Below, in pieces: positions 43,371 to 52,547 of a stretch of 64,000 bases of DNA. A program made the position numbers and the translations under genes. The notes beneath the pieces are model-generated. The model was not told the origin of the DNA. It worked only from the letters and a program-made list of their open reading frames with translations, and made no database searches. This DNA comes from a virus, in IMG/VR virus record IMGVR_UViG_3300033121_000578, positions 7,845-71,844 of that record; one strand, written 5' to 3'. Positions within the stretch are counted from its first letter, which is position 1; every line of letters starts with the position of its first letter.

Positions 43371-43403
43371 TTTGGAAAACCCTTCCCGGTAATAGTATAT
43401 TTG
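43371..43403 (+). promoter_or_regulatory. Bacteroidetes-type promoter (-33 TTTG, -7 TATATTTG)
   Basis: taaTTTGgaaaacccttcccggtaatagTAtaTTTGctat. Confidence 0.5.
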
Positions 43404-43432
43404 CTATATCAATAACAAATTAAAATTATTAC

Positions 43433-43591
43433 ATGAAACGTCAGATTGAACAACACCTTTTAGCTAATCCTTCATTTTTCAAATGGGGTGAAACAAGACT
43501 TGCAAATAAATATAATTGCTCAGTTAAGACAATTAGAAGTATTGTCAAAAAACTTGAGCCTCAAAGACAAAATTACTTGCGAAGCCTCTAA
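43433..43591 (+). CDS. small HTH-like protein (52 aa)
   Basis: unlisted ORF MKRQIEQHLLANPSFFKWGETRLANKYNCSVKTIRSIVKKLEPQRQNYLRSL with a promoter upstream and terminator GAAGGG(N12)CCCTTC-TTTTTT at 43607-43640. Confidence 0.3.
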   Translation: MKRQIEQHLLANPSFFKWGETRLANKYNCSVKTIRSIVKKLEPQRQNYLRSL

Positions 43592-43654
43592 TTTTGTTAT
43601 CTTTAAGAAGGGTAGGTAATACTGCCCTTCTTTTTTATTAACTAAAATCAAGGT

Positions 43655-44491
43655 ATGATAACAAGAGCAAAAGTAAAAAATTTTCTACTCTCTAAAAGAG
43701 GATATCTTAAAAAATCTCCACTTAAGGTTGCTGAGGCACTTTGGAAAAATGAACAATCATCTCACTCAAAAACTCACCAAGAATTAAAAAAAGAACTTGA
43801 CATCATTGCTGATGTACAGTATACTTTGCGTGAGGCAGAAAGATATATTATATCTAAAGAAGAACAAGATTTACTTGACACATTTAACGATATTCAGAAA
43901 AAGAACAATCAACCAAAACGTAAGTTATTCTTTGATATAGAAGTATCTCCAAATCTAGTATTCTCTTGGGGAGTAGGTAATAAAATAAACATATCTCATG
44001 AATCAATTGTACAAGAAAGAGCTATTATTTGTATATGTTGGAAATGGGCAGGAGAAGATAAAGTACATTCTCTAAGATGGAATAATGGTGATGATGGAGA
44101 TATGTTAACAAAATTTGCATCAATAATAGATTCAGCAGATGAAGTTATTGCCCAAAATGGAGATAATTTTGATATCAAATGGTTAAGAACCAGATGTTTA
44201 TATCACAATATCCCAATATCTTCCAAGTTTAATAGCATTGATACATTAAAAATGGCTCGTTCTAATTTTAGATTTAATGCTAATAGACTAGATTATATGG
44301 GTAGATTTTTAGGACATGGTGGTAAAATTCATACAGAATACGATATGTGGAAGAAAATTGTCCTCGAAAACGATAAAAAGTCAATGGAATTGATGATATC
44401 TTATTGTAAAGAGGACGTGAATTTACTTGAAAAAGTCTATAACTCATTACAAGAATATAGCCCTGTAAAAAGATTTAAATACAAACCTTGA
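43655..44491 (+). CDS. DEDDy 3'-5' exonuclease (family-B-polymerase-type Exo I/II/III motifs), stand-alone
   Basis: Exo I FFDIEVSP, Exo II IAQNGDNFDIKWL, Exo III YCKEDVNLLEKVY; no polymerase motifs in this or neighbouring ORFs. Confidence 0.7.
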   Translation: MITRAKVKNFLLSKRGYLKKSPLKVAEALWKNEQSSHSKTHQELKKELDIIADVQYTLREAERYIISKEEQDLLDTFNDIQKKNNQPKRKLFFDIEVSPNLVFSWGVGNKINISHESIVQERAIICICWKWAGEDKVHSLRWNNGDDGDMLTKFASIIDSADEVIAQNGDNFDIKWLRTRCLYHNIPISSKFNSIDTLKMARSNFRFNANRLDYMGRFLGHGGKIHTEYDMWKKIVLENDKKSMELMISYCKEDVNLLEKVYNSLQEYSPVKRFKYKP

Positions 44492-44510
44492 TTAAGCTCA
44501 ACATGTGAAC

Positions 44511-44540
44511 AGCCCCCTATATCTATAGGGGGCTTTTTTA
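44511..44540 (+). terminator. rho-independent terminator
   Basis: AGCCCCCTATA(tc)TATAGGGGGCT perfect 11-bp stem then TTTTTT. Confidence 0.7.
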
Positions 44541-44627
44541 ATTTATAAGGTTAATTTTTCTATGCCGTTAAAAATCTGTATATTGTAGTAAGAATAGTTA
44601 TAGTGTCCAATAAAATTAACTTGTAGA

Positions 44628-45194
44628 GTGAAACCAACCAAAGCAGGTATATATCTAATAATCAGCCCCTCAGGAGGTCATTATATAGGCCAAAGTTGGG
44701 ATTTAGATAAGAGAGTAAGGCACTACAGAAATGCAGATTGTAAGTGTCAAAGGAAACTGTACTATTCTATAAAGAAGTATGGATGGAATACTCATGAGTT
44801 CAAAGTTGTACATTCGTTACCAAATGATATATCACAAAATGTGATGAATGATTATGAAACTTTCTACTATAATTCTTATAAAGAGTTGAATTTCAATATG
44901 TTAAACCTTCGTGAGGCTGGAAGTAGGGGGAAGAATTCGGAGGAAACTTTAGAGAAGATGAGAAAGACTCACAAGGAGAATTATAGAACAGGGAAAAGAA
45001 AAGGTGCTGAGGAAAGAAAGATTATACAATTTGATTTGGAGGGAAATTTCATAAGAGAGTGGAACTCTCAGAAAGAAGCAGCAGAATACATTAACATTGA
45101 CAGAACCTGCATTCACTATGCAATAAAAGGGAAGACCAGTCATGCTGGAGGGTTTCTGTGGAAAAAGAAGAACCATGAAGCCTACATACAGTAA
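44628..45194 (+). CDS. GIY-YIG homing endonuclease with C-terminal NUMOD/HTH-like DNA-binding region
   Basis: GIYLIISPSGGHYIGQS...R..HY is a GIY-YIG motif; C-terminal IREWNSQKEAAEYINIDRTCIHYAIKG; GTG start. Confidence 0.8.
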   Translation: MKPTKAGIYLIISPSGGHYIGQSWDLDKRVRHYRNADCKCQRKLYYSIKKYGWNTHEFKVVHSLPNDISQNVMNDYETFYYNSYKELNFNMLNLREAGSRGKNSEETLEKMRKTHKENYRTGKRKGAEERKIIQFDLEGNFIREWNSQKEAAEYINIDRTCIHYAIKGKTSHAGGFLWKKKNHEAYIQ

Positions 45195-45708
45195 TGATAG
45201 AAGTGCACCAAGAATGAGGAAAGCCGAGTTCTCTAAGTCTGTGATAACCAATGAGTTATTTAAGAAATTCAAGAAAGAATTCCCTGAGTACAAAGATTTG
45301 ACTTGGAAGGAGTTCTATCAGTGTTGGTTGAATATTGCAAAGAAGATAAGAGAACAAGTTGTACAAAATCCACTTGGAGTTAAATTGGGCAGCTATCTAG
45401 GAGAGATAAAGCTTCAGTACATCCCCTATAAGTTTAAGGCTGTAAATCATTGGGAAAGTATTAAGGTTGGAGAAAAGATACCATATCTGAATATAGAGAC
45501 AAAGGGTAAGGTTCCCCGTATAAAATGGGAAAGAAGACAGGCAGTTAAGTTCAATAAGATTTTGCAGTTCTATGCATTTGACGAAACAAGAGAAGTTAAA
45601 AAGCTAGCTGCCGAATATATAAGGAACGATAATGCTGATAAAATAAGAACTGCCCGTGTTACTATAGGAGGACACAGTGTATGGAGACAAAAATTTAAAA
45701 AGCAATGA
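45175..45708 (+). CDS. hypothetical protein (178 aa from ATG 45175)
   Basis: ORF. Confidence 0.5.
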   Translation: MKPTYSNDRSAPRMRKAEFSKSVITNELFKKFKKEFPEYKDLTWKEFYQCWLNIAKKIREQVVQNPLGVKLGSYLGEIKLQYIPYKFKAVNHWESIKVGEKIPYLNIETKGKVPRIKWERRQAVKFNKILQFYAFDETREVKKLAAEYIRNDNADKIRTARVTIGGHSVWRQKFKKQ

Positions 45709-46382
45709 GCACTAAACGTCAAGTCATAGAATCCCTTAGAAATAAGCTAAGAGAGAGAAATGCTGATAGCAATTATAGTAATAAATTTCTCTATAATAGC
45801 CTAATGGAGCATGCCAAATGGTTAATAAAGAGAGAAATAAGTGCTGGAAGAATATACAGAAATGTATCTTTCTTCCAGACTCTCATGTGTCAGGATGTAA
45901 TTGAGACATCTATAATCGACCCATGCTGTCCCATAAAGACAAACTGTAAGATATATAGAACAAAGAATCCAATACCTGAAACTTGGATAGATGAAAGTGG
46001 ACCAATTATACGAGATATAACTTCGATTGACTACTCTACAAGTTTTGATTTGGTTTCATTTAGCACTTGGTCCAATAAAAAGAATGACCCATACGATAGA
46101 AAGGCTAAAGCTATATATGCATTTTATGCAAATGGATATATCTGGTTTCCAGAACATAATCCTCATAAAATTAATATAACAGCATTCTTTACAGATGATG
46201 TGTCTGACAAAAATGACTGTTCTGAGAAAAAGGAGTGTACTAGATATTTAGACACAAAGTTCCTCATTCCTGATTGGATTGAAGCAGAGATGTATGCAAA
46301 AGCTGTAGAACTGTTAGCAGGGGTTAGTAAGAGGATGCAGGAAGATGAGCAGATAGATAAGAATCCTACAAGAAAAAGTTAA
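45705..46382 (+). CDS. hypothetical protein (225 aa)
   Basis: ORF. Confidence 0.55.
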   Translation: MSTKRQVIESLRNKLRERNADSNYSNKFLYNSLMEHAKWLIKREISAGRIYRNVSFFQTLMCQDVIETSIIDPCCPIKTNCKIYRTKNPIPETWIDESGPIIRDITSIDYSTSFDLVSFSTWSNKKNDPYDRKAKAIYAFYANGYIWFPEHNPHKINITAFFTDDVSDKNDCSEKKECTRYLDTKFLIPDWIEAEMYAKAVELLAGVSKRMQEDEQIDKNPTRKS

Positions 46383-46386
46383 ATAA

Positions 46387-47229
46387 ATGGTAAATAATAA
46401 AACATTCGAACTACGACCTGTCTCTGAGCTATTTGCCATAGTGAAGAACGACTTGAAAAAGTTGGATGATGAAGGTCTAATTGACGAGGGAACGCTCATC
46501 AAAACCGTCATGTACTGTAATGATAGACTTGGTATATATGTAAGAGAAGTAAAAGAGGTTTGTATTCCTGTAGTAGAGTACAAGGCAAAGCTACCTCTTA
46601 ACTTCGAGAAGCTCTACTTTGCTTCTGCACTTCAGGCCACAAATACAGTTATTCATTCTCAACAAAATCCGTTCTCTAATAATTTCGATAGAGATATCAT
46701 ATATGAGGCAGAGTTAGATAGAGGAACACTAGGAAATGTAGATAGCTACAGTGTTACAGTTAAGAGAGAATCCAATACTACAATTCATCATTACGGAAAC
46801 TGGGTAACTTTATCTGTAGACAAGGCATCTGGTGTATACTGTCACTCAGGTTGTCCCAACATGAAGAACCTTGGAAAATATCAGATATCTATCGACGGAG
46901 ATACAATTAATACACCATTTAGAAGTGGGGAATTGTATTTAATGTACATAGGTACAATGGAGGATGAGTATGGTAACATTCTTTTTCCTTTCCATCCAAT
47001 GATTACTCCATATTACGAATGGTCTCTTAAGGAGAAGATAATGCTAGATGCATTATTTAATAGTGATGGAAATTATGGAGAGCTTCTTAAGTTGGCCCAG
47101 TTAGAGAAGGCAAAGGCTTGGTTAGATGCCTTTGGAATAACATCTGATAAGACATACGGAGAATATGTAGATTCTCAAAGAAAGAAAGAATTAGGTTGGT
47201 GGAACCAATACTTTAAATACTTTAAATAA
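46387..47229 (+). CDS. hypothetical protein (280 aa)
   Basis: ORF. Confidence 0.55.
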   Translation: MVNNKTFELRPVSELFAIVKNDLKKLDDEGLIDEGTLIKTVMYCNDRLGIYVREVKEVCIPVVEYKAKLPLNFEKLYFASALQATNTVIHSQQNPFSNNFDRDIIYEAELDRGTLGNVDSYSVTVKRESNTTIHHYGNWVTLSVDKASGVYCHSGCPNMKNLGKYQISIDGDTINTPFRSGELYLMYIGTMEDEYGNILFPFHPMITPYYEWSLKEKIMLDALFNSDGNYGELLKLAQLEKAKAWLDAFGITSDKTYGEYVDSQRKKELGWWNQYFKYFK

Positions 47230-47753
47230 TGTTTGATAAACTAATAGAGTTTCTCCTGAATATAATTGAGGATATTATGCCTGTATTCTTCGTGAAGCAG
47301 TATAATAATGGCATTCTATTAAGAATGGGAAAATTTGTTAGGGTTGTGAAACCGGGAGTGGTATTCAAGATACCTTTTCTGGATAAAATAGAAGTTGTAA
47401 CAATTGTGACAACAACTTTATCTGTACCTACACAATCGGTAATAACAAAGGACAAAAAACAGTTAGTTGTTAAAAGTGTTGTAAAATATAAGATAGCGGA
47501 TGTAGAATTATTTATGCTTAATGTATATGACTCTACAGATGCTATATCCGATATAACACAAGCTATCATAAAAGAGCAAATATCCCTTCGTACTTTTGAG
47601 GAGTGTACAGATAATGATTTTGATAATACTGTCACTAAGAAATTGAGGGTTGAAATGAAGAAGTGGGGAATTGAAGTAGATAGGGTTACATTAACTGATA
47701 TAGGACAAATTAAATCTTTAAGACTCTTTAACGAGGGTGCATTAATAGGCTAA
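47229..47753 (+). CDS. SPFH / band-7 (stomatin-prohibitin-HflKC-like) domain protein
   Basis: VKQYNNGILLRMGKFVRVVKPGVVFKIPFLDKIEVV...SVPTQSVITKD...DVELFMLNVYD...AIIKEQISLRT fits the SPFH pattern. Confidence 0.65.
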   Translation: MFDKLIEFLLNIIEDIMPVFFVKQYNNGILLRMGKFVRVVKPGVVFKIPFLDKIEVVTIVTTTLSVPTQSVITKDKKQLVVKSVVKYKIADVELFMLNVYDSTDAISDITQAIIKEQISLRTFEECTDNDFDNTVTKKLRVEMKKWGIEVDRVTLTDIGQIKSLRLFNEGALIG

Positions 47754-50700
47754 TGGCAGATTTACAAAATACATCAAGTGCGTCTACAAATATGGCAGGT
47801 AAGGCTGGTTTAGTTACTGACCTTAATCCGTCATTTGTATCTAATGAACAATACAGTCATGCCCGAAATGTTGTTAGAAATAGCAAAGAGGGAGACTTGG
47901 GTACTATAGGAAACGAGCCATCTAACGAATTTTGTTTTGAAGCTCCTTATAAAATAATAGGACACATATCTTTACCATCTGATGAGATTGTAATCTTCTC
48001 AACAAATGGAGCTAGCTCTGAGATAGGTATAGGAAATATACAAGACTGTTCCTATAGAAAGATATTGAATGACGACTGTCTTGCATTTAGTCAAGACCAT
48101 CCTATAACTGGTGTGGCAAAGCAGGATTTCCAAAAGGGGACAATTATTACTTTTACAGATAAGAAGAATCCAGTAAGAAGAATTGAGCTAAAGAATATAG
48201 ATAAAATCAAATCTTGTGATGATATTCTTTTATTTAGAAAGATAACTCACCCTTGCTATACTATAGAAAGAGGTCAAACTGGTAATATGCCAAACGGAAT
48301 GTATTCTGTAGCAATGGCATACGTTGTTGATAATCAGGTATTTACTGATTGGTTATCAGTTTCTAATAGAGTTCCTCTTTACTCTATATCTGGTTTAAAC
48401 TCTCTTGATATTAAGATTACAGATATAGACCAGCAGTTCTCTCACTTTGCATTGGTTGTTGTTGGTAATTATATTGACCCTACAACAAAGGGAGTTACTA
48501 AGTTGGCAAAGCAGGTTGGAATATACTCAACCAAGGTAAGAAATATATCAGTTTCTGACTTTGTTAATTCTACATATCTGGAGATTCCTTTAGGAAATCT
48601 AGTTGTGCAGAAGAAAAGCTGGCAGAAGGCTGGAATAATTGCATCTAATTCTAACTATTTAATGCTTGCTGATTTAGTATCTCGTCCAGAAGAAAACTAT
48701 CAGCTCAAAGCAATGAAGATAGAGGCTGAGTATGTTGTAGAGCAAGTTCCCTTTGATTACTATGAGAACCAAGGAGAAGACGTAGGATTCTATAGAGATG
48801 AGAACTATGACTTCTATATACAGGGTGTATATAATACTGGTGAATTAACAGAAAAGTGGCAAATCCCCGGAAGAAGAGGAGAGCCATCTGACTTCTCACC
48901 TGCATCTGGGCAAGATGTATATGAATTGGATGAGCAGTTTGTTGATTGTGAGAAGGATAAAAAGATACCTAGATGGAGAGTTGAGAATACTGCAGGAAAG
49001 ATGATTCCATACAATAATGAGTTTGTATGTAATAGAAGAGTATTAGGTAGAGGTAAGATGGGTTACTTCCAATCAACAGAATTGTACCCAGATAACCCAG
49101 ATATGTTTGGAGATAGTGCAAATAAGCCTATCAGATATCACAAAATGCCAGACGAATGTAAGGTACCACGCTACTCTATTGTCGATGGAAAGACTTATGT
49201 AAATATACTTGGTGTTCGTTTTAAGAATATAGAGAAGTTTGATAACCCAGATATAGTTGGGTATAAGATTACCCGTTCTGATAGAAAGGGAGGAAATGGT
49301 ACTGTTATAGCCAGAGGGCTGATGACAAATGTCCGCTCCTACTACGACCAGTCTTTCCAGCAAACAGTAATGTATGCAAACTATCCAGTAAATGACTTAT
49401 CTCCTGACCAATTCCTATCTTCTACACAGACTGTATATAAGAATGGCAAGGAGAATAACTTTACTCCTCTTAAGGATTATTATAAGGATAAATTTACCTT
49501 CTATTCTCCACACACGCTATTTGAACCAAGATATTCTCTTGGACAGGAAGTAAAGATTGAGACTGAAGAAATAGCTACAGTAACTGGAAAGTTTGAGAAA
49601 GTATACAATCATCCCCGCCAAAAGTTGATGAATCAGTTTGCTTTCTGGTTATCTGCAGCAGTTGGATTTATAGAGAGTGCACTTACAATAGCTGGTAAAT
49701 CTTCTCATAAATCTGAAAAAGAGTTCCAAATAAAACTAACTGGCGTAGATGCAGGTACTATTATTATAAATAGAGCAGGTCAAGATTTTGAAATAAAATC
49801 CGTAGAGGACTTAGTGAACTTAAATATAGTTGCCTTTATACAGAAAAAGATATTCGCACAAGATTTATCTGCTATTCAGATTATAACAAACATATTGGCT
49901 TTACTTGGTGCACTTGCTATAAAGATACCATATTCTGTATTCTCAGGAATAAGAGCAGCTGAACAGATTATGGATACTATCAGAAACTTTACTGGTTATA
50001 CAGATTATGTATATCAGTACAATGCTGAGGCAGTATTCAATCAATCCAAGTGTATAAGTGATGGTAATAAGAGAAGAAGATTACTTAAACAATTTACTTA
50101 TCTTCCATCAACAGTCGTTAGTGTAGATAGCAATGTATTCAACAATCTGCATAGAGAGAAGTCCGTACTCTTTGAATTAAATAAACCAATAATAGACCCA
50201 TCTACAAAGGATACATCTAGAAGAACCGCAAGTGGATTTGGAATATGTGGAAAGATGGATGATAAAACAGAGTCCGTAGGTTCTGCATTTTATGCTACAT
50301 CCAAGGCTATAAATCCTAATCAGTACGGAGCATTGGGTTCATCAGCACCTGTATCAATGCACAGTTGTCCTTTATCTTTTGGAGAAGAGCCAGTTGCTAC
50401 ATCACCAATTTTATATGGTGGAGACTGTATAATAGTTCGTTTCCAGTTCCAAAAGAGAATGCAGTTCTTCTCTCAGAATATAGCAAACACAAACTATCCA
50501 GATGGTACAGAGTATGACTATAGAAAATATAGAAACATAGCCTATCCTCGTTTCTGGATGGACTCTACAAAATATGATTTTTCTGAAATATTAGGTGGAA
50601 ATGTTATAAATTTTGCACGTTTTTCACGTACAACTACATCAAAACATAATCTTGATTGCAAAAAGAAGAATGACGGAAAGAATATAGCAAGAGTAGATGA

Positions 50701-52357
50701 TGCATATATGTATCTCTCAAACAATGCTGGATTAGACTTCTTTGTTGAGGCAGACTATAATGTTTCATTCAGGGAGAAGCAGTTGAATGATATGCCTTAC
50801 TACTCTAAAGAGAACAGAAATCTTTCTGATATCTTCCGTTCTGATAGATTGTTAGAATCAGAAGAGTTTAATATTTCCCGTGCTTTCTCTGACTTATATA
50901 CCACGGAGATATTTGCACCACAGCAGAGATATGACTTTAATCCTGCTGACCAAATTCCACAGGAGCAACCAAATTCAGTAATCTACTCACTACCCTCCTT
51001 CAATTTACAGAACGTAGATAACTGGCAATACTTCCTACCTGCAAACTACTTTGCATTTAGAGAAAGTGATTTTGGTCAGCTGACATCTATTCATAAACTT
51101 GACCAAGACCGCCTAATCTTCCTATTCTCAAAGTCTTCACCATATATCTCAATGGGTAGAGATTTCTTAGAGTTGGAACAGTCAGGTAGAAAGATAACAA
51201 TTGGGGATGGTGGATTGTTTGCACAAGACCCTCGTGAGATAATGCCCACAGATAATAACTATGGTGCATGTACCTCACGTTACGCATTTAGCAATACCCA
51301 TCTAGGTAGATTCTATCCCTCAACAAATCAGGGAAGAATACTGTCGTTCACAGAATCTCTGGACGATATTACAAGAAATGGAATGTCATACTGGTGCAAG
51401 AACTATATGCCAATCTTCTTGTATAAGTATTTCCCAAATTATCCAAAGGCAGAAAATCCAGTAAATGGAGTAGGTTACCTAACAGCTTTTGATTCTTTCT
51501 ATGAGACTATTTATATCTCAAAAAGAGACTTCTCACCAAAGAGAGAATATATCAAAGATATCACGTATGACGATAGGCTAGGAGTATTTAAGTACAGAGG
51601 AAATATAATAACACTTAGGGATAAGAGATACTTTAACGATATAAGCTGGACTCTATCATATTCTCCTCTTGAGAAAGGATTTGTTAGTTGGCACGATTGG
51701 CACCCAGACTGGATAGTACAAACAGATAACCACTTCCTTACTATAAAGGATAATGGAGTGTGGAAGCATAACGAGAGATTTGATAGCTTCTGTAACTTCT
51801 ATGGAGAAGATTTTCCATTCGAAATAGAGTTTGTATCAGCATCTGGACAAGAAGTTAATATCCCACGCTCTCTAGAGTATATCTTAGAAGTTTATAATTA
51901 TAAGAACTTCGGAAGAGACCGTTTCCATGTACATCATGAGAACTTCGATAGAATGATTGTACATAATACTGAGCAGATATCTCCTCTTCTAAATCTTATA
52001 TATAGAAGTGGTAATCCTGAGAATGATATTGTATACCCTAAGATAAACCCTTCAAACTCAATATCTTATGATGTATTGTTCTCTAAGGAGGAAAATAAGT
52101 ATCGTATAAATCAATTCTGGGATGCAGTAAAGGACAGAGGAGAGTTTTCTCTAGCAGATAACCATATCCTCCCAACAGACGAAAGTGGATATAAGCAGGT
52201 AGTAAATCCAGTAGCTATAGATATAAATAAACCAGAAGAACAAAGGAAGAAGTTCAGACACTACTGGACAAAATTCCGTCTTATCAAGAGTAAGTCGGGT
52301 AAAAATAAATTCATTACTAAGCTCTTTAATATTAAGAGGTTATTGTCTCAACATTAA
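47753..52357 (+). CDS. giant hypothetical virion protein (1534 aa)
   Basis: uninterrupted 4.6-kb ORF ahead of the lysin-domain proteins; no recognisable motif. Confidence 0.7.
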   Translation: MADLQNTSSASTNMAGKAGLVTDLNPSFVSNEQYSHARNVVRNSKEGDLGTIGNEPSNEFCFEAPYKIIGHISLPSDEIVIFSTNGASSEIGIGNIQDCSYRKILNDDCLAFSQDHPITGVAKQDFQKGTIITFTDKKNPVRRIELKNIDKIKSCDDILLFRKITHPCYTIERGQTGNMPNGMYSVAMAYVVDNQVFTDWLSVSNRVPLYSISGLNSLDIKITDIDQQFSHFALVVVGNYIDPTTKGVTKLAKQVGIYSTKVRNISVSDFVNSTYLEIPLGNLVVQKKSWQKAGIIASNSNYLMLADLVSRPEENYQLKAMKIEAEYVVEQVPFDYYENQGEDVGFYRDENYDFYIQGVYNTGELTEKWQIPGRRGEPSDFSPASGQDVYELDEQFVDCEKDKKIPRWRVENTAGKMIPYNNEFVCNRRVLGRGKMGYFQSTELYPDNPDMFGDSANKPIRYHKMPDECKVPRYSIVDGKTYVNILGVRFKNIEKFDNPDIVGYKITRSDRKGGNGTVIARGLMTNVRSYYDQSFQQTVMYANYPVNDLSPDQFLSSTQTVYKNGKENNFTPLKDYYKDKFTFYSPHTLFEPRYSLGQEVKIETEEIATVTGKFEKVYNHPRQKLMNQFAFWLSAAVGFIESALTIAGKSSHKSEKEFQIKLTGVDAGTIIINRAGQDFEIKSVEDLVNLNIVAFIQKKIFAQDLSAIQIITNILALLGALAIKIPYSVFSGIRAAEQIMDTIRNFTGYTDYVYQYNAEAVFNQSKCISDGNKRRRLLKQFTYLPSTVVSVDSNVFNNLHREKSVLFELNKPIIDPSTKDTSRRTASGFGICGKMDDKTESVGSAFYATSKAINPNQYGALGSSAPVSMHSCPLSFGEEPVATSPILYGGDCIIVRFQFQKRMQFFSQNIANTNYPDGTEYDYRKYRNIAYPRFWMDSTKYDFSEILGGNVINFARFSRTTTSKHNLDCKKKNDGKNIARVDDAYMYLSNNAGLDFFVEADYNVSFREKQLNDMPYYSKENRNLSDIFRSDRLLESEEFNISRAFSDLYTTEIFAPQQRYDFNPADQIPQEQPNSVIYSLPSFNLQNVDNWQYFLPANYFAFRESDFGQLTSIHKLDQDRLIFLFSKSSPYISMGRDFLELEQSGRKITIGDGGLFAQDPREIMPTDNNYGACTSRYAFSNTHLGRFYPSTNQGRILSFTESLDDITRNGMSYWCKNYMPIFLYKYFPNYPKAENPVNGVGYLTAFDSFYETIYISKRDFSPKREYIKDITYDDRLGVFKYRGNIITLRDKRYFNDISWTLSYSPLEKGFVSWHDWHPDWIVQTDNHFLTIKDNGVWKHNERFDSFCNFYGEDFPFEIEFVSASGQEVNIPRSLEYILEVYNYKNFGRDRFHVHHENFDRMIVHNTEQISPLLNLIYRSGNPENDIVYPKINPSNSISYDVLFSKEENKYRINQFWDAVKDRGEFSLADNHILPTDESGYKQVVNPVAIDINKPEEQRKKFRHYWTKFRLIKSKSGKNKFITKLFNIKRLLSQH

Positions 52358-52412
52358 CTATGAAAGCGGGAATAGAAAGGAAAACCTAAATCTGAAGAAG
52401 CAAAATCAAATA

Positions 52413-52547
52413 TGAGTAAAGCCAAGACAGGAAAAGTAGGACCCAATAAAGGTAAGAAGTTTTCAGAAGAACACAAGAAGAAACTATCTGAGGCAAAGAA
52501 GAAACAATATAAATCAAGAATTATTAATGTGTATAACTATGTTTAGA
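52413..52547 (+). pseudogene. NUMOD3-motif remnant ORF (~44 aa), a relic of a homing-endonuclease DNA-binding domain
   Basis: GKKFSEEHKKKLSEAKKK matches the NUMOD3 pattern G..H/S.EE.K.K.S.A; preceded by a stop-interrupted same-frame fragment. Confidence 0.3.
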
